This document shows positions 60,250-64,000 of a stretch of 64,000 nt of DNA, one piece after another. The notes under the pieces were generated by a model. That model did not search any database. It saw nothing but the letters and a program-made list of their open reading frames with translations, and had not been told where the DNA came from. The position numbers and the translations under genes were made by a program. The DNA is from Candidatus Marinacidobacterales bacterium (GTDB taxonomy: Bacteria; Acidobacteriota; Vicinamibacteria; Marinacidobacterales; DATDRI01), in contig CBDCNP010000002.1 of the NCBI GenBank assembly GCA_965219415.1, positions 2,912,001-2,976,000 on the forward strand, read 5' to 3'. How positions within the stretch are numbered: position 1 is the stretch's first letter; each line of letters begins with the position of its first letter.

Positions 60250-62525
60250 TCGTGGTCTCCCGGTGCGAAGGGAAGGCTATCCCGTGTACTTTTGCTTGTT
60301 CCAGACTTCGCTACGGCGTTCTTCAATTCTTGCACCGCTTTAGCTCTCATGCCGGGTTGAAGCAAGCACTGCAACTGCTGGCATTTTATGTTCGTTCTCC
60401 AGCGGAGGCGTGGGCTAACCTGGAGAACAGGTGCATAGATCCGACAGATATTGAATTCTGCGGGTTGAGGATCGGAGCCATGCTTTGGCTTGAACGCCGG
60501 AAGTCCTTCCTTAGTCTGAAATACTCCCTCGCGTTCCCCAACAGCAAGGATGCACTTCAACTTATCCATGGTTCTGTCCTCCAGCATCTCCGGATCCTTG
60601 AGAGTCAGACGCGCAGCCTCCGGCTCGCTCGTGTGCTTGAGTAGTTTGTGCCGCAGACAGTCACCGAGGTCCAGCAGAAAATACTTGAGTTCTTCACCGT
60701 ATTGCTCGACGTTTCGGCTGAGCGTCGTAAGGTTGTGCTGAGAGACGATATGAACGGCCTTGGACTGTCGGTCAGGTGAGATGGTGAAGGCTCCTTGCGG
60801 GGGAGGATGATCGCCGAAGTCAAGATGGTAGCCCACACTCAAAAATTCCTGAAAGTAGCGGATTACTCCCGAGCTGAGGAGTGCGAGCTCGCTGAATCCT
60901 GCAAACCGTTTTTCGGCGTGGCGTCCGCGCTTTCCAAGAATGACCCGGTAGGTCGCTGCTGTACCGTAGTACGTTCGCCTCTCGTGCTGCCTCTCGTCCG
61001 ATAAATCCGCAAACTCCTCAGGCGTGGTCTTGCTGAGCTTTGCCACTTCTGCCAACCATAAGGTCTCATCGACTTCGGGATCGCGAAGCCGTGGAAGGAG
61101 CTTGTCTACGTCGACCTGCTCTGTTCCTTCAAGCCCAGCCATGTTTGATACGATGTGGCGCAATAGTTCGTAGTAAGCGTTTCGTTCAGACACGTCTTCG
61201 ATGTTGTAGACCAATGGAACTCTTGTGTAGTCGTGGATCTCTTGCAGTTCCTGACCTATCGTGGTTCCAGGGACATCTTCGCTGGCAAGCTTCTTGGCGA
61301 TCTTGACTGAGATATGCGGAGGACCCAGCTTGAGCATGCTGTTGACGATTCGTTTCTGATAGGGGAAAAGATTCTCATACTCATCAAGCAGAATAACGAA
61401 CATTGACTCTTTGAGCGACGGAACGTGTTGGCGAACCAGGTCTATGACGCGTTTGAATTGCTCTAGATCAAGGGTCGCTATCGGGACATGAACGGTTTCA
61501 CCATAAATGAATTTACGGCGAATGAAATTAGCCAGACCCCTGTGCAGTCGCGAGAGTTTTAGTTGTAGTTCGATGAACGAAATGGCTCGACCATCCTTAA
61601 AATCCAACAGTAATTCGTCCGCTTCTTCGCAGAGTCTCCGTTCGACGAACCGATCATGATTGATCAAATCGTGCTCGACGCAGTACGCCAATTCTGAGAA
61701 CAAACTCTCCGTCATCTGCAGAATTAGTTCTTGTGCGGCAACATCTGTGAGGATGCCAATGTCCGTGGTCGGACTTAGGTGTTGGGTTTCGAAGCGGACT
61801 CCTGCATTACAAATTGCCCCTCGGGTTAGCTTCAAGTAGAAACCGAAGCGTTGGGGCGCACATTTTTCATAGGGATTCCGCAGTAGAGAATTACGAGCAC
61901 GTAAGGACAGCAACAGCATTGACTTTCCGGTGCCCCTCGAACCTTCGAGAATGCACGGTTTCATATCCTCGAGAGCCCCAACTTTGAAGGCGTCTGGTAG
62001 CGCGAAGGTCTTTACGTGGAGATCAGGCTGGTTCTCAAAGAACTCAGCTCTAAGGTGGCGAAAAGGATTCTGTGAATTAGGTTTGAAAGCGTCGGCAACC
62101 AAAGACGACATCGTCGGACTGCTGAAGAGTAGGTTGCAGATGTCTTCCACCAACTTGTTGAGAGATGCCTGATCCTCTGGTATTAGCCGTCCATATACTT
62201 TGGGCCCAAGTACGGGCGGTATCTTTGTGTCGTCCAGGCGAACGACAATGCACCGCCCACCATCGTAAGCGACTTGATTCCAAACTGCGGCATTGATTTC
62301 CAGATTCTGCCACGGCGCAGCGCGGGTGTGCATGGAGAAGAGAATGATGACCGCCTTGGCATTCGCGATTCCTTCGTTTATGAAAGCAATGGGGTTGTCG
62401 CCAAGAGCAAGGTCTTGTGTATCGATCTTAGTCTCATGGCCGGCATTGCGTAGGTGTTGTACCAACTCTGTCGCAATTTCCGCATCCGCAGTGGCATGTG
62501 AAACGAAGATGTGCGTGATACTCAT
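60246..62525 (-). CDS. TIR domain fused to an ORC/CDC6-like P-loop ATPase
   Basis: TIR (IFVSHATAD...LALGD...PWQNLEI, catalytic Glu present); Walker A GSRGTGKS, Walker B ILLDEYENL, SSGVIRYF; helical/wHTH-like C-terminus. Confidence 0.85.
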   Translation of the reverse strand: MSITHIFVSHATADAEIATELVQHLRNAGHETKIDTQDLALGDNPIAFINEGIANAKAVIILFSMHTRAAPWQNLEINAAVWNQVAYDGGRCIVVRLDDTKIPPVLGPKVYGRLIPEDQASLNKLVEDICNLLFSSPTMSSLVADAFKPNSQNPFRHLRAEFFENQPDLHVKTFALPDAFKVGALEDMKPCILEGSRGTGKSMLLLSLRARNSLLRNPYEKCAPQRFGFYLKLTRGAICNAGVRFETQHLSPTTDIGILTDVAAQELILQMTESLFSELAYCVEHDLINHDRFVERRLCEEADELLLDFKDGRAISFIELQLKLSRLHRGLANFIRRKFIYGETVHVPIATLDLEQFKRVIDLVRQHVPSLKESMFVILLDEYENLFPYQKRIVNSMLKLGPPHISVKIAKKLASEDVPGTTIGQELQEIHDYTRVPLVYNIEDVSERNAYYELLRHIVSNMAGLEGTEQVDVDKLLPRLRDPEVDETLWLAEVAKLSKTTPEEFADLSDERQHERRTYYGTAATYRVILGKRGRHAEKRFAGFSELALLSSGVIRYFQEFLSVGYHLDFGDHPPPQGAFTISPDRQSKAVHIVSQHNLTTLSRNVEQYGEELKYFLLDLGDCLRHKLLKHTSEPEAARLTLKDPEMLEDRTMDKLKCILAVGEREGVFQTKEGLPAFKPKHGSDPQPAEFNICRIYAPVLQVSPRLRWRTNIKCQQLQCLLQPGMRAKAVQELKNAVAKSGTSKSTRDSLPFAPGDHE

Positions 62526-62545
62526 GGTCCGGAGGATTCCTCACC

Positions 62546-63632
62546 TGACCTTGCCCAGGAGAAGTGGGCAGGTTGATTATCTCGCATGAGCAGTTTTGGG
62601 GTCATGAATCCGTTCGAACACCATTGGGCTGTTGTAATCGAGTGACGAGTGGAGTCGACACGGATTGTAGAACCCCTCGATGTAGCTCGCAACCGCGTCT
62701 TTGGCCATACGTCGTGTTGGCCAACTACGTCGGTGGAGGAGCTCAGTCTTGAGCGTGCCGAAGAAGCTCTCGGTCACGGCGTTGTCCCAGCAATCACCCT
62801 TGCGGCTCATCGAGCACGGCCTAGTAGGTCGCAGCCGCGTATTGAGTGCCACGGTCTGAATGATGCACCAAGCCACTTTCCGACAGGCGGCGCCCCAAGG
62901 CCATGTGAAGCGCCTTGAGAGCAAGCTCCGCGCGCAGGTGGGGCTGCATCGCCCAGCCGACAATACGACGCGAGAACAGATCGAGGATAACTGCCAAGTA
63001 GAGCCAGCCTTCCCTAGTACGGATGAGGGTTATGTCCGTTACCAAAACTGGTTCGGTCGTTCGGCTTCGAAGTTCCGGCCGAGCACGTTGGGTGCGATAG
63101 GGTGATCGTGCTTGCTGTTGGTCGTGCGGCGAAAACGCTTGCTAGGCAGGCCCTGCAGGCCCATCTCACGCATCAGCCGTGCCACTTGCTGCTTGCCCAC
63201 CTCGACGTTTCCCCTTCAAGCTGGCGACGTACACGCTCCCTGCCGTAGGTACCACGGCTATGGGTGTGGACCGCTTGGTTGCGCAGCTTCAGTTTCCCAT
63301 CCTCACGCTGTCGCTTGCTGGGCGCGCGCTTCATCTGAGCGTAGTAGCCGCTGGTCTATACCCTCAGGACTCGGCACATCACCCGCACCGGGTAGTTGGC
63401 CCGCTCCGCATGAATGAACTTAAATCTCATTCGCCTTCCTTTTTAATATTTCTCGCTCTTGCTCCAACGTACGCACTCGACGCCGTAGCGAACGGAGCTC
63501 ATCACGTTCCGCCGTCGTCAGAACCTCGCGTGGACCTTTACCTTGATCAACTTTGTATTGTTTCACCCAGTTTCGAAGGGCTGATTCCGTCAGGTCCGGT
63601 TTCTTAGTGATCTGGCCGATGCTGCGCTCGCC
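62546..63632 (-). mobile_element. Degenerate copy of the IS3 element at 45238
   Basis: Same IR (TGACCTTGCCCAGG); internal deletions and stops; left part cut by another IS end at 63633. Confidence 0.85.
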
Positions 63633-64000
63633 CGGCTGGTCAAAATACTCGAACGCCCAGCGGGTCAGCAATTTGCACCTTCGCAAAGACCGCTTGAATC
63701 CCGTGAGGTCAAAATACTCATGCGGCTTCCCGATGGTAGAAACGTAGCAACCCGCCAAGCCGTTCACGGGAGCGCACCTTGCGCTCGGACTGAGGTAACG
63801 GGTCGCTGGCTGGGAACAGCAGCAGATTCTCCTTGCCTTGATGATTCCTCTCGTGGTGATAGTAGACGACGTACTCCCTAAGCGCATGACGGAGCGACTT
63901 CTCGCCGAACAGGATGAGCTTCGAGAGACATTCCTCTTTGACTGACTTCACCCAGCGCTCCGCGAACGAGTTCAAATCCAGGCTCCGTGCGGGCAGCTTG
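63633..64000 (-). mobile_element. rve/IS481-like element: right end and transposase C-terminus (runs off the edge)
   Basis: NSFAERWVKSVKEECL...GGLLRFYHREAA (stop at 63718); terminus CGGCTGGTCAAAATACTC. Confidence 0.8.

Noticed and set aside
58124-62525. Calling the TIR operon Thoeris, or a type II R-M system
   Set aside because: No ThsA-like SIR2/Macro/SLOG effector and no recognisable PD-(D/E)xK or HNH nuclease; the TIR is fused to an ATPase.

Overview
A 64-kb GC-rich bacterial window. The Oar-type TonB receptor, sulfatase-TPR protein and rve-type IS family suggest Acidobacteriota, but that is an inference. 1-7.1 kb holds a minus-strand DNA double-strand-break repair cluster (nurA, herA, alkA, sixA, CBS protein, sbcD, sbcC) whose nurA 5' end is cut off by an IS5/IS903-group element. 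8.5-17.1 kb holds a sigma54 two-component system divergent from cusCBA, with a -24/-12 promoter. 17.2-22 kb is IS and MITE debris, including a PaeR7I/XhoI-like restriction-enzyme remnant. 22-40 kb is a catabolic/uptake locus: TonB receptor, RidA, IclR, NCS1 permease, guanidinobutyrase-like ureohydrolase, dimethylformamidase beta-like protein, M23 peptidase, and five paralogous PA-M28 domains that all carry His in place of the catalytic Glu. 40-64 kb is an IS-shredded accessory/defence region: PRTase-like fragment, HEPN protein, an IS1111 element with readable bridge/seekRNA guides, DUF429, Nmad3 and Nmad2, SprT, an amidohydrolase, and a tightly coupled three-gene operon (TIR + ORC/CDC6-like ATPase, tandem CARF-like protein, N4-mC-type methyltransferase). 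That operon is the best candidate for an undescribed defence system. No CRISPR array, rRNA or tRNA was seen. All family assignments are from motif recognition by eye, not database searches.
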